Source: Bacteroidales bacterium (GTDB taxonomy: Bacteria; Bacteroidota; Bacteroidia; Bacteroidales; UBA3663). Taken from it: DNA of 64,000 nucleotides. A model generated the notes under the pieces. That model worked only from the letters and a program-made list of their open reading frames with translations, did not search any database and was not told where the DNA came from. The DNA lies in contig JAFSKF010000055.1 in assembly GCA_017449065.1 (NCBI GenBank), positions 4,301 through 68,300 on the forward strand. Direction: 5' to 3'. The position numbers and the translations under genes are program-made. Positions 45,277 to 53,784 of this stretch are shown one piece after another. Position 1 is the stretch's first letter; the number at the start of each line of letters is the position of its first letter.

Positions 45277-46527
45277 TCAATATACTTCCAGACATTCGTC
45301 CAAGGCCTGACAGATGGCTTTCTTATCCATCTTCTGACCGATGAAGACAATCTTCTGCATGCGGTCGCCGTAGGTCTCATCCCAATCTCGTTGTAGCTGC
45401 TGGTCGAAGGCCAACTGGCGTTGCAATTCTGCCTCTGGCATCGTGGCGTACCATTTACCGGCATTGCGAAGGTTCACCTGACGTCCGGCCTGTTCGAACA
45501 CGTAGCAGGTATCGCGTTCGTCGCTGAAATAGCACATACCCTTGCATCGGATTACGCTCTTCGGCCAATGACGGGCCACAAATTCGTCGAAGCGACCCAG
45601 GTTGAGCGGCTGACGGCGCTGATAGACGAAAGTACCGATGCCGTATTCCTCTGCCTCACCTTCCTCCTCATTCTCGTGATCATGATGGTGGTGGTGATGA
45701 TGCTCATGATGATGTTCGTGCTCGTCTTCGTCATGATGATGGTGATGCTCGTGTTCGTCTTCATCGTCATCATCGTCCTCGTCCTCATCGTGATGTCCCT
45801 CCACTTCCTGAATCCAGGTGGCAGAAGTTGCCACTTTATCGAAATCGAACATACCGGTGTTGATAATCTTATCGAGATCCACCTCGCAGTAATCGGTTTC
45901 GATGATCTGAGCCTGAGGCTGGATGGCTTCGATAATCTTCTTGATGCGGCCCAGCTCCTGCTTACTCACTTCGCTTGCCTTGTTCAGGAGGATGATGTTG
46001 CAGAACTCAATCTGCTGAATGACAAGATTCTCCAGATCATCTTCGTCCAGATTCTGTTTCATTAGGTTGTTGCCGCAGCCGAACTCATCCTTGAGACGCA
46101 AAGCATCCACTACAGTGACAATGCAATCCAGATCGGGCACACCGCCTTCGGTCACCTTCTCGGGCACAATCTGAGGAATGGAATAGATGGTTTGTGCAAT
46201 CGGACCGGGTTCGCAGATACCGCTGGCTTCAATCACAATATAATCGAACTTCTTCTGGCTGGTGATGTCAGTCAGCTGCTGCACCAGATCCATTTTCAGT
46301 GTACAGCAGATGCAACCGTTCTGCAACGCAACCAGGCTATCGTCCTGCTGTCCCACAATACCGCCCGCCTGAATCAGGCTTGCATCGATATTCACTTCGC
46401 CGATATCGTTCACAATGACTGCAAACTTGATACCGCGCTTGTTATTCAGAATCTTGTTGACTAACGTTGTCTTGCCGCTTCCTAAATAACCGGTCAGCAG
46501 CAGAACCGGAACTCTCTCGTGACTCAT
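45277..46527 (-). CDS. COG0523/CobW-family GTPase metallochaperone with His/Asp/Glu-rich insert (ZigA/YeiR-like)
   Basis: 416 aa with P-loop GYLGSGKTT and metal motif GCICC. A 50-residue stretch (aa 245-294) consists almost entirely of H, D and E. Confidence 0.9.
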   Translation of the reverse strand: MSHERVPVLLLTGYLGSGKTTLVNKILNNKRGIKFAVIVNDIGEVNIDASLIQAGGIVGQQDDSLVALQNGCICCTLKMDLVQQLTDITSQKKFDYIVIEASGICEPGPIAQTIYSIPQIVPEKVTEGGVPDLDCIVTVVDALRLKDEFGCGNNLMKQNLDEDDLENLVIQQIEFCNIILLNKASEVSKQELGRIKKIIEAIQPQAQIIETDYCEVDLDKIINTGMFDFDKVATSATWIQEVEGHHDEDEDDDDDEDEHEHHHHHDEDEHEHHHEHHHHHHHDHENEEEGEAEEYGIGTFVYQRRQPLNLGRFDEFVARHWPKSVIRCKGMCYFSDERDTCYVFEQAGRQVNLRNAGKWYATMPEAELQRQLAFDQQLQRDWDETYGDRMQKIVFIGQKMDKKAICQALDECLEVY

Positions 46528-46545
46528 ATTTATATAAATTAAGTA

Positions 46546-46589
46546 TTTCTTAAATAATTGAGCACAAAGATAGACAATTATTTAAGAAA
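46546..46589. promoter_or_regulatory. Perfect 15-bp inverted repeat bracketing the -7 box of the COG0523 gene (candidate metalloregulator operator)
   Basis: The arms are tttcttaaataattg (46546-46560) and caattatttaagaaa (46575-46589). The 14-nt spacer contains the minus-strand TATCTTTG (46565-46572). Confidence 0.5.
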
Positions 46590-46750
46590 GTACAAGTGTA
46601 CCTGCTTTTTTTTGATCTTTTTGTGGAAAATTACCCAAAATTGACAAATTCTCTTTGAAAAATTTGGAAAAACCTTCCAAAAAAACTATCTTTGCAGCCG
46701 AAATTGCGGAAACCAACTAACACAAGGTGAGATTTCAGATTATTTTTTCT

Positions 46751-46824
46751 GGTTCGATAGCTCAGTTGGATAGAGCAACAGCCTTCTAAGCTGTGGGTCT
46801 TGGGTTCGAATCCCAATCGAATCA
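46751..46824 (+). tRNA. tRNA-Arg (anticodon TCT)
   Basis: Acceptor GGTTCGA/TCGAATC, D arm GCTC..GAGC, anticodon stem ACAGC/GCTGT with loop CTTCTAA, and T arm TTGGG-TTCGAAT-CCCAA. A canonical promoter lies upstream: TTTG (46663-46666), 20-nt spacer, TATCTTTG (46687-46694). Confidence 0.9.
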
Positions 46825-46838
46825 CTATAACAAACAAA

Positions 46839-46888
46839 AATATGCTTTCATATACCTATCTCGGGCATTTGAAAGCATATTCTGTTTT
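46839..46888 (+). terminator. Intrinsic terminator after tRNA-Arg
   Basis: A perfect 12-bp stem, aatatgctttca (46839-46850) / tgaaagcatatt (46870-46881), followed by CTGTTTT. Confidence 0.7.
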
Positions 46889-46893
46889 AATGA

Positions 46894-47643
46894 TCATCCT
46901 TCAATCACCTCGACGGAAAGCATCTTAACGTCTTCGGCAGGGCGATCGCCGGCAACAGTTTTCACCTGCTGGATTTTATCTGTTACTTCGATGCCGGATT
47001 CCACTTCACCGAAAACGGTGTAATTGTTGTCGAGGAAAGGAGTTCCGCCAATGGAAGTATAGGCTTCGCGCTGTTCGTCGGTGAACTTCGGATCACCCAT
47101 CTCCTTCGCTTTGGCATAGGTTTGTTTCTCCAACTCCTCCTGCAACTTCATCAAACCGGCATTGTCGCGATTCTTGCGCATATCCAGGATCTTGCTCCGG
47201 TTCTCGACCACCAGATTATTGAAGGTATTCTGCAACTGCTGCTGTGCCATCTGCTTCTCCAACTGGGTCAGCTTACCGGCACTATACACTTCGCCTGTAA
47301 CAATATAGAACTGACAACCCGAAGAACGACGTTCCGGATTCACCTCATCGCCGGTACGGGCTGCAGCCAAAGCACCTTTCTTATGGAAGAACTTCGGATA
47401 AACGAACTCAGCCGGAATGGTGTAGCCCACATCGCCGGCACCCAGTTGCTTGTCCATAGGAGCATCCTTACTACCCGGATCGCCGCCCTGAATCATGAAG
47501 TTCTTAATCACGCGATGGAAAATTGTACCGTTATAGAAACCTTCGCGAGCCAATTTCAGGAAATTGTCGCGATGCTGGGGAGTCTCATCATAAAGGCGAA
47601 CCGTAATATCGCCCAAAGTGGTTTTAATCAATACTTTTGCCAT
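46894..47643 (-). CDS. Cyclophilin-type peptidyl-prolyl cis-trans isomerase
   Basis: 249 aa with FHRVIKNFMIQGGDP and downstream cyclophilin blocks. An internal helical insert is present. Confidence 0.9.
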   Translation of the reverse strand: MAKVLIKTTLGDITVRLYDETPQHRDNFLKLAREGFYNGTIFHRVIKNFMIQGGDPGSKDAPMDKQLGAGDVGYTIPAEFVYPKFFHKKGALAAARTGDEVNPERRSSGCQFYIVTGEVYSAGKLTQLEKQMAQQQLQNTFNNLVVENRSKILDMRKNRDNAGLMKLQEELEKQTYAKAKEMGDPKFTDEQREAYTSIGGTPFLDNNYTVFGEVESGIEVTDKIQQVKTVAGDRPAEDVKMLSVEVIEG

Positions 47644-47819
47644 TGTAGTTTTGTAATGTAAAGTTATATTAGCGGCGCAAAGGTAGGCAATTTCCTCGAG
47701 ATGGACAACAGTTGGCTACACATAAAATTCTTAAAATACGTTAAATTGGACGATACAGATTTGGACAAGTGAAATATTTAACGTAACTTTGCACCACTAA
47801 TGACATAGTTCAGACATTC

Positions 47820-47894
47820 GGCGCTTTCATCTAGTGGTTAGGATACCGGCCTCTCACGCCGGGTACACGAGTTCGAGTCTCGTAGGCGCTACCA
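47820..47894 (+). tRNA. tRNA-Glu (anticodon CTC), CCA encoded
   Basis: D arm TC-ATCT-AGTGGTTAGGAT, anticodon stem CCGGC/GCCGG with loop CTCTCAC, and T arm ACGAG-TTCGAGT-CTCGT. The acceptor GGCGCTT/AGGCGCT needs a G1-U72 wobble. The promoter is TTTG (47760-47763), 20-nt spacer, TAACTTTG (47784-47791). Confidence 0.85.
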
Positions 47895-47897
47895 GCA

Positions 47898-47932
47898 GAG
47901 GAGTATCAACAAAATGTTTGATACTCTTTTTT
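47898..47932 (+). terminator. Intrinsic terminator after tRNA-Glu
   Basis: Stem gagtatcaa (47901-47909) pairs with ttgatactc (47918-47926), followed by a T6 run. Confidence 0.7.
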
Positions 47933-47951
47933 GTTGAAAGGGAATTAAATT

Positions 47952-49019
47952 ATGAATATTCAAGACACTATTGAACGCATCATTGATCCGAAACAAATCG
48001 ATGCTGCCAGACAAATTATCAATCGTTGCAACAAGTTTGTAGTTTGCACTCACATGTCGCCTGACGGCGATGCAGTGGGTTCTTCGCTTGCCATTGCCAG
48101 CTATCTCCGGAAAAAGGGCAAGGAAGCCCGGGTGGTCTATAGCGACACGCCCGGCGACAATCTGAACTTCATTCCCGGACTCCGCGAAGAAATGGTTTTC
48201 GACAGCCAAAGTCAGACCAGCGTAAAGAATACCCGCGACGAGGCCATGCAAGCCATCCGCGAGGCAGACTGTTTCGTTATCACCGACCTGAATACGCCAT
48301 CGCGTATGGGCGATATGAACAAGGAGGTAATGGCCAATCCGGCACCAAAGATTCTCATTGACCATCATCTGGACCCTGCCACCGACAGCTTCGATGTGAT
48401 TATTTCCCATCCGGAAGCATCGGCTGCCTGCGAACTGATCTATACTTTCATCCTGCAAATGGGCGACGATGCACTGATTGACAAACAGATAGCCACACAA
48501 ATCTATTGCGGCATGATGACCGATACCGGACAGTTCATTTTCAGTTCAAGCCGTCCGCAGGTTTATCTGATTGTGGCTCGTCTGCTACAAGAAGGTTTCG
48601 ATAAAGAGAAACTGCATCGCGACCTGGCCCTCGAACCCGAACGCAGAACCCGGCTGAAGGGATACGTCCTGCTGCAAAAGATGCAGTTGGTTACACAATA
48701 CAAAGCAGCCTATTTCAGCCTGAACAAGACGGAACTGAAGCGTTTCAACCACCAGAAAGGCGACAGCGAAGGCTTCGTCAACATGCCGCTCGACATCTAC
48801 AGCATTCAGGTTTCCGCTTTCTTCCGCGAAGAAAAGAATTTCGTCAAAGTGTCCCTTCGCTCTAAAGGCGATTTCCCCGTCAATCTGCTTGCCCAGAAAT
48901 TCTATAACGGTGGCGGACACAAGAATGCTGCAGGAGGCGAATTTTTAGGCACTTTGCAACAAGCAGAACAACTTTTTGTTAAAGCATTGCCCCTTTTTGC
49001 TAAATATCTTGAAAAATAA
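47952..49019 (+). CDS. nrnA: DHH-family phosphoesterase (NrnA-like oligoribonuclease / pAp phosphatase)
   Basis: 355 aa with HMSPDGDAVGS, the DHH motif (IDHHLD), and the DHHA1 C-terminal GGGH. Confidence 0.8.
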   Translation: MNIQDTIERIIDPKQIDAARQIINRCNKFVVCTHMSPDGDAVGSSLAIASYLRKKGKEARVVYSDTPGDNLNFIPGLREEMVFDSQSQTSVKNTRDEAMQAIREADCFVITDLNTPSRMGDMNKEVMANPAPKILIDHHLDPATDSFDVIISHPEASAACELIYTFILQMGDDALIDKQIATQIYCGMMTDTGQFIFSSSRPQVYLIVARLLQEGFDKEKLHRDLALEPERRTRLKGYVLLQKMQLVTQYKAAYFSLNKTELKRFNHQKGDSEGFVNMPLDIYSIQVSAFFREEKNFVKVSLRSKGDFPVNLLAQKFYNGGGHKNAAGGEFLGTLQQAEQLFVKALPLFAKYLEK

Positions 49020-49107
49020 GTTCGGTTTTTTTCAAAATAATTGCACATTTCAGAGATTTTATGTATCTTTGCGCCCGTAATAATTATAGAGTAGAGAGTA
49101 TTGTGTA

Positions 49108-49866
49108 ATGAAAAAAATACTTTTATTGGCAAGCAGCCTATTATTTATAAGCCTATGGGTAGCATCGTGCAGCGACACGGAAACCTACGCAGAACTGGTT
49201 GACCACGAGAAAAGTTCCATCACGAAGTGGATCAACAAAAGTCCATACGTCGATTTCGGCCATATCGCTGCACGCGATGAAGACTGGGTAGATTGGACAG
49301 CCGATTCGGTGCTGACCGACAGCCTGCATCCCAGCCAGATCGGCATCCAGCTCGGACAATGGTACCGCATTTCGGAGGGCGACTTCAAACGACTTTATTT
49401 CTGCATCCGGAGTTTCGGCAATGACGGACTCGATTCATTGCGCGAGAATGGCATCGAACCTACCGCAGAACAGTATCGGGAGGCGATGCGCAACCAGAAG
49501 AAGTTCTATGCTGGAAAGAATGTACTGGTCCGCTACGACAGTCTGTTCCTTTTGTCCGATTTCGATTACAACGACCTTGACGAGAACTCGAAAGGCGACA
49601 ACCTTGACCCGAACAGTTTCCTGATCTGCTACAACTGGAACAAATCGTACTACTCTTCCTCTTACTATAGCTACTACTACGGCACCGGATCTAATTACGA
49701 GTGCACATCCGGAGGCTTGGCTTTCCCTATCCGCTTTCTGTGGGAAGGAGGACAGGCATCCATCATCTGCCCGTTCTCGTTGGCAGAAAGTTCTTTTGCG
49801 AGCTATTATTACACGCTATATTACGGCTTGATTACTTATAAAAAGCCGACGTATTTGCCACAATAA
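49108..49866 (+). CDS. Hypothetical lipoprotein
   Basis: 252 aa with lipobox VASC. I recognise no catalytic motif. Confidence 0.6.
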   Translation: MKKILLLASSLLFISLWVASCSDTETYAELVDHEKSSITKWINKSPYVDFGHIAARDEDWVDWTADSVLTDSLHPSQIGIQLGQWYRISEGDFKRLYFCIRSFGNDGLDSLRENGIEPTAEQYREAMRNQKKFYAGKNVLVRYDSLFLLSDFDYNDLDENSKGDNLDPNSFLICYNWNKSYYSSSYYSYYYGTGSNYECTSGGLAFPIRFLWEGGQASIICPFSLAESSFASYYYTLYYGLITYKKPTYLPQ

Positions 49867-49885
49867 ACAATAAAAATTCTGATAT

Positions 49886-51295
49886 ATGTCTCTGATCAAA
49901 TCTATTTCAGGCATCCGAGGAACTATCGGAGGCCAGCAGGGAGAAGGACTGAATCCTCTCGACATTGTGAAGTTTACGGCAGCATTTGCCACTGTTATTC
50001 GTGAAAATATCGGTAACAAACAGGGACGCATCGTGGTGGGTCGCGATGCCCGTCTGTCGGGTGAAATGCTCTACCAGTGCGTTTCGGGCACCCTTATCGG
50101 ACTGGGCTTCGATGTAATCAATATCGGCTTGGCCACCACTCCTACCACCGAAATGGCAGTTACCGCCGAAAAGGCCGACGGTGGTCTGATTCTGACAGCA
50201 TCGCACAATCCGATTCAGTGGAATGCGCTGAAACTGCTGAATAACGAGGGAGAGTTCTTCGACAAAGCCACCGGCGAACGCGTTTTGGCCATTGCCGAAA
50301 AGGGTGATTTCCAGTTCGCCGAAGTGCACGATCTGGGTCACATCGTTGAAAAAGACTATACCGACTATCACATTCAGCAGGTGCTGAACCTAAAGCTGGT
50401 TAACAAGGAAGCCATTGAAAAGGCCAACTTCACTGTGATGTGCGACTGCATCAACTCGGTGGGAGGTATCGTGATTCCGCGTCTGTTGAAGGCTTTGGGC
50501 GTGAAGCAGGTTTACGAGTTGAACTGTACGCCCAACGGACAGTTTGCCCACACGCCGGAACCAATTCCCCAGAACCTCACACAGATTTCCGGCGAGATGA
50601 AGCAGAAGAAAGCCGACATCGGGTTCGTGGTTGACCCGGATGTGGATCGTCTGGCGCTGATCTGCGAAAACGGAGAGATGTTTGGCGAGGAATATACCCT
50701 GGTCAGCGTGGCAGACTACGTGCTTCAGCATACTCCCGGCAACACGGTTTCCAATCTTTCGTCAAGCCGTGCCCTGCGCGACGTGACGCGTGCACGCGGA
50801 GGTGTTTATAATGCCGCAGCAGTAGGAGAAGTGAATGTGGTTGCCAAGATGAAGGAAACGAATGCCGTCATCGGCGGCGAAGGTAACGGAGGTGTCATCT
50901 ATCCTGAAATCCATTACGGACGAGATGCTTTGGTAGGTGTAGCGCTTTTCCTTACCCAATTGGCATTGCTTCGCCAAGAGAACCCGACGCTGACAGTCAG
51001 CCAGTTGCGCGCCACCTATCCACCTTACTGCATTGCCAAACAGCGCATCGACCTCACGCCGGACATTGACATCGACCGGTTGCTGAACAACGTGAAAACG
51101 GAATACGGCAAGTTGCCCGATACAGAGATTTCGGACATTGACGGTGTGAAGATCGACTTCCCCGACCGCTGGGTGCATCTGCGCAAATCTAATACGGAAC
51201 CGATCATCCGCGTCTACGCCGAAGCAGCCACAGAAGAACTGGCACAGCAGACGGCAGACAGCGTGATGCAAGAAGTTCTCAAAATGAAACAATGA
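49886..51295 (+). CDS. glmM: Phosphoglucosamine mutase
   Basis: 469 aa. It has the phosphoserine loop TASHNP, the metal loop DPDVDR and the sugar-binding GEGNGG. Confidence 0.9.
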   Translation: MSLIKSISGIRGTIGGQQGEGLNPLDIVKFTAAFATVIRENIGNKQGRIVVGRDARLSGEMLYQCVSGTLIGLGFDVINIGLATTPTTEMAVTAEKADGGLILTASHNPIQWNALKLLNNEGEFFDKATGERVLAIAEKGDFQFAEVHDLGHIVEKDYTDYHIQQVLNLKLVNKEAIEKANFTVMCDCINSVGGIVIPRLLKALGVKQVYELNCTPNGQFAHTPEPIPQNLTQISGEMKQKKADIGFVVDPDVDRLALICENGEMFGEEYTLVSVADYVLQHTPGNTVSNLSSSRALRDVTRARGGVYNAAAVGEVNVVAKMKETNAVIGGEGNGGVIYPEIHYGRDALVGVALFLTQLALLRQENPTLTVSQLRATYPPYCIAKQRIDLTPDIDIDRLLNNVKTEYGKLPDTEISDIDGVKIDFPDRWVHLRKSNTEPIIRVYAEAATEELAQQTADSVMQEVLKMKQ

Positions 51296-53070
51296 AAAAG
51301 ATCCTAATTCCGACCCTTATGGCAGCTCTTCTGTTTGCAGCCTGCCAACATGACACCAAGCCGGCTGACGCCGACTTGGTTGTTTTGTACACTACCGATG
51401 TGCACGGTGCCTGCTTAGGCTTCGACATCAAGCTCAATGCACCGGCCAAAACCAGTCTGGCGAATGTTTCCACCTACCTGAAACAGGTGCGGCAGGAATG
51501 TCCCGGGCAGATGCTGCTTTTCGATACGGGCGATTTCCTGCAAGGCCAGCCCTCAGTCTATTACTATAATTACATCGACACCGTTTCGACGCACGTGGTG
51601 GCAGCCACCTACAATTATTTAGGCTACGATGCCTTGGGCATGGGTAATCACGATATCGAAGCAGGAGAAGCCGTCTATCATGACCGCTTGCCCCTCCAAC
51701 TGCAAATGCCATTGCTCTGTGCCAATGCCATCGACACCCGCACCATCCGAACGGAAGGCGACCTGAACACAGGTGAACCGATGTTCCAACCCTACGCCAT
51801 CTTCGAGCGCAGTCACCTCAAGATTGCCGTCTTAGGCATGATTACGCCTCACATTCATGCCTGGCTTCCCAAAGCATTGTGGCCTCATCTGGAGTTTCAG
51901 GATATGGTGGAATGTGCCCAGCGCTGGGTACCATACATCCAGAAGAACGAAAAGCCGGACCTGATCATCGGCTTGTTCCATGCCGGTGGCGATTATACAG
52001 TCAACGGCAGCGATCTCGATTCCTATAAGAACGAAAACGGTTCCATACCTGCCATCACCAAGGTGCCCGGCTTCGACATCTGTCTGCTGGGACACGACCA
52101 TCAGGAACGAGATCTGCGGATTGTCAGCGTTGCCGGCGACACGGTTCCTGTCATCGATGCCGTCACTCAGGCTCGCAAAGTGGGACGTATTGACGTGCAT
52201 TTCTCCCGCCAAGCCGACGGTTCGTACAAGAAGCAGTTCTCCACCAGGCTGGTCGATATGCGCGACTATGCTCCCGATAGCGCCTACTTACAGACTTTTG
52301 AGCCGATTGTCGAGACGGTGAACAGCTACGTGGATGCGCCCATCTGCAAGCTCTCCTCCCCTTTGCAGGGATTGGACGGCCTGGTGGGTCCAAGTGCCTT
52401 CGTCGATCTGATTCACGACACGCAGTTGTGGGCAACGCATGCCGACATCTCGCTGGCTGCCATTCTTTCACCTTACGAAGTGGTCCCAGCCGGAACAGTC
52501 ACCATGCGTCACCTGTTCACATTATATAAATATGAGAACCAGCTGTTCACCATCAGCATGACAGCCGACGAAGTGCGCCGTTATTTGGAGTACGGTTACT
52601 CGATGCAGTACAACACCATGCATTCGGCTTCCGACCATCTGCTTCTTTTCTCAGATCTTACCCCTACTCATCCGCGACTGGCAACTCCGACCTTCAACTA
52701 CACCTCCGCAGCAGGTATCCGTTATGAGGTGGATGTTACCCAAGAGCCCGGGAACCGCGTGCGTCTCATTTCCATGAGCGACGGCGCTGCCATCGACCCT
52801 GACAAACTGTATCGCGTTGCCATCAACAGCTACCAGTATTCGGGTGGTGGTAATTTCATACCCGATGGCTTAGGCTGGGATTCCGAGACACTCGAATCGC
52901 GCACCCTCGACACCACTCCTATTGATGTGCGACGCTACCTTGCACGCTATCTTGCCACAATGCAAGAGGTTCAGCCCCATCTGCGCGGCGACTGGCAGGT
53001 GGTTCCGCAAACCTGGTGGAAAGCTGCAAAAGATCGTGACATCAAGTTCATGCACGCCAACCAGCGATAA
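51292..53070 (+). CDS. Lipoprotein bifunctional metallophosphatase / 5'-nucleotidase (UshA-like)
   Basis: 592 aa with lipobox-like FAAC. Calcineurin-fold motifs are TDVHG, GDFLQG, GNHD and GHDH. Its start overlaps the glmM stop (ATGA). Confidence 0.8.
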   Translation: MKKILIPTLMAALLFAACQHDTKPADADLVVLYTTDVHGACLGFDIKLNAPAKTSLANVSTYLKQVRQECPGQMLLFDTGDFLQGQPSVYYYNYIDTVSTHVVAATYNYLGYDALGMGNHDIEAGEAVYHDRLPLQLQMPLLCANAIDTRTIRTEGDLNTGEPMFQPYAIFERSHLKIAVLGMITPHIHAWLPKALWPHLEFQDMVECAQRWVPYIQKNEKPDLIIGLFHAGGDYTVNGSDLDSYKNENGSIPAITKVPGFDICLLGHDHQERDLRIVSVAGDTVPVIDAVTQARKVGRIDVHFSRQADGSYKKQFSTRLVDMRDYAPDSAYLQTFEPIVETVNSYVDAPICKLSSPLQGLDGLVGPSAFVDLIHDTQLWATHADISLAAILSPYEVVPAGTVTMRHLFTLYKYENQLFTISMTADEVRRYLEYGYSMQYNTMHSASDHLLLFSDLTPTHPRLATPTFNYTSAAGIRYEVDVTQEPGNRVRLISMSDGAAIDPDKLYRVAINSYQYSGGGNFIPDGLGWDSETLESRTLDTTPIDVRRYLARYLATMQEVQPHLRGDWQVVPQTWWKAAKDRDIKFMHANQR

Positions 53071-53082
53071 TCCTATTGTCCC

Positions 53083-53745
53083 GTGATACTGCACACATTG
53101 TCTGTTGGATACAAACGCCCGATTGTGGAGGCAATCGAGGGGACACTGAACCCCGGCGATTTTGTGTGCCTCACGGGACGCAACGGCTCTGGCAAATCCA
53201 CTCTGCTGAAAACGCTTGCCGGACTCTTGCCGCCCCTTCAGGGCAGTATCGGACTCGACGACAAGCGTCTTTCCGACTTCACGCCCTCGGAACTGGCACG
53301 TAGGGTCGGACTTGTGGTGACCCGGGTGCCCGATCTCCCTAACACCACCCTGCGAGAACTCGTCGCCTACGGACGTCTGCCGTATGCCTCCTGGTTCGGG
53401 AAGTTCTCTGCCTCCGATTACGAGGCAGCCGATCGAGCTATTGCTACCTTGGGAATTTCGCACCTGGCGTCGCGTCACGTTTCTGAACTCAGTGACGGTG
53501 AACGGCAGAAAGCCATGATTGCACGGGCCTTGGCACAAGGCACTGACTATCTCCTGCTTGACGAACCTTCCGCTTTTCTCGACTATGAAAGTAAGCAGGA
53601 ACTGATGCAAATGCTGAAAAATCTTGCCACAGAGCAAAAAAAAGCCATACTCCTCTCCTCCCACGATCAGGATCTTGTCCTCCGCTATGCTGACATCATC
53701 TGGAACATTACAGATGGAAAGTTAACGCTTAAAGACGTGAAATAG
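53083..53745 (+). CDS. ABC transporter ATP-binding protein (no permease gene adjacent)
   Basis: 220 aa with a GTG start. Walker A is GRNGSGKST, the signature is LSDGERQ, and Walker B is LLLDEP. Confidence 0.8.
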   Translation: MILHTLSVGYKRPIVEAIEGTLNPGDFVCLTGRNGSGKSTLLKTLAGLLPPLQGSIGLDDKRLSDFTPSELARRVGLVVTRVPDLPNTTLRELVAYGRLPYASWFGKFSASDYEAADRAIATLGISHLASRHVSELSDGERQKAMIARALAQGTDYLLLDEPSAFLDYESKQELMQMLKNLATEQKKAILLSSHDQDLVLRYADIIWNITDGKLTLKDVK

Positions 53746-53784
53746 AATTGCACTCATCCGAAATATATTGCGAAATTTTTAGCA

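Noticed and set aside
53083-53745. An orphan ABC ATPase as part of a novel system with the adjacent AddA-like helicase-nuclease.
   Set aside because: The ATPase has ordinary importer-type motifs, and the helicase has ordinary AddA/RecB motifs. Adjacency alone, with a 39-nt gap, is not evidence of a functional link.
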